A stretch of 64,000 nucleotides of DNA, taken from contig CM120645.1 in assembly GCA_051362555.1 (NCBI GenBank), forward strand, positions 2,790,001-2,854,000. Direction: 5' to 3'. The position numbers were made by a program, and so were the translations under genes. Source of the stretch: Lingula anatina (lineage: Eukaryota > Animalia > Brachiopoda). Positions 63,009 through 64,000 of the stretch are shown here, in pieces. Position 1 is the stretch's first letter; every line of letters starts with the position of its first letter. The notes under the pieces were generated by a model. That model ran no database searches, had not been told where the DNA came from, and saw only the letters and a list, made by a program, of their open reading frames with translations.

Positions 63009-64000
63009 ATGGTTTGGAAAGGTTGGAAAAGTAACGTCCACTCGGGCAACACCCTGAGAGCCTCAAACTCTCACTACCAACGCTGCTACGCCGCCGAAGC
63101 ATCCCTGTTAAAACACTCCTCCGCCAAGGGCGTTGGAGATGACATCGAAGATGGGGGTCTTCAGACAGGTGGCGTTACCTACTCCCTCAACAAGAAAGGC
63201 CGATGGAAACTCCCAAAGCTTTTGAAACAAAGTATACATGAGGGTGTATGGAAAAATGATGATTGCCAGGTTGCTTTGTTTGAGCACCACAAAATCAAAC
63301 AACATGCTGACTGTATTAGTTATTGCAGCTCGGGAAGAAATGGGAGCTGTATCGAGATCAAACCACAGGGACACACATACTTTGATGCAGCCAGCGTGCT
63401 TGTTAAGTCTGGTTATGGTAAAAGAAGCCAGAAGAAAAGGGAAAAGCGGCTGGCAAAAATGAGGAAAAAGTATGGAGTAGATTATAACGAAGAGAGTACT
63501 GGAGAGGAAGTTGTGGACACTGTGCAGCATGCTGTCAGCTATGAAATATACTACCCTTGTCATAAGACCAGCTCAATCACACATAATAAGAAGTATATTA
63601 GAGACCAAGATGTATCAAGTTATGAGGGTAATTATAAGGCTTTACGATTAATGGGTATTCTTAATTTTTATTATTTTGCCCTTTTAATTTTTTTTCTGGT
63701 AAGCACATTTTGGGTTAAGTTAAAATATGTTTACAAAAATAATGATTTTAGTGAAGGCAAGACCTTGTGTTATATTAATTAAAAAAGCATACAAATACTT
63801 TTAGAAAATAATTTTAACAAGTTTGTTCATACTTGCAGAGTTAATTTTAATCATCATTACTTCTTAATATCCTCATTTTAAGTATGCTGCATTCTGTATT
63901 ATTTTCAGATGCAGAACACAACAACAATGGCAGTTCAAAAATCTCAAAGAAAGGAGCCACAAAGCAAAGAGGGAAGCTGAGATGGAGCAGTCAGGTTACT
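63009..64000 (+). CDS. RBR E3 ligase copy 2, first two coding exons; runs off the right edge
   Basis: Exons 63009-63627 and 63909->64000 are open and closely similar to copy 1, with 11 amino-acid differences in the first ~206 aa by my count. Non-coding exon 1 ends at ~54580. Confidence 0.85.

Larger units (their letters stand above)
49683..64000 (+). other. Tandem segmental duplicate of the region starting at ~36783 (promoter plus RBR gene), interrupted by insertions
   Basis: 49683-49819 matches 36783-36979 (with an internal deletion), 53988-54635 matches 36977-37582, and ~62740-64000 matches ~37615-38897. Confidence 0.92.

Overview
AT-rich, intron-containing animal genomic DNA. The repeat types suggest a marine invertebrate, possibly a mollusc, but the species cannot be called from the sequence. 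Genes, left to right: (1) the 5' part of SUCLG2 (minus strand, runs off the left edge); (2) a 17-coding-exon DMTF1 orthologue (plus strand) head-to-head with it; (3) an antisense three-exon secreted C-type lectin nested in a 15.9-kb DMTF1 intron, whose own intron carries a 12.5-kb Helentron/HINE-type element filled with a hierarchical 146-bp satellite; (4) TMEM243 (minus strand), convergent with DMTF1 as in human; (5) an RBR/Ariadne-like E3 ligase with a long unrecognised N-terminus; (6) a tandem duplicate of that E3 gene, whose promoter and first intron have taken several insertions, including an intact Mag-like Gypsy retrotransposon with identical 117-bp LTRs. Several non-autonomous DNA transposons (Kolobok-, ISL2EU-, Zator-like and unclassified) are also present. 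I found no CRISPR array, rRNA or tRNA. Exon boundaries and counts were read by eye, and homology calls rest on recalled family motifs, not on database searches.
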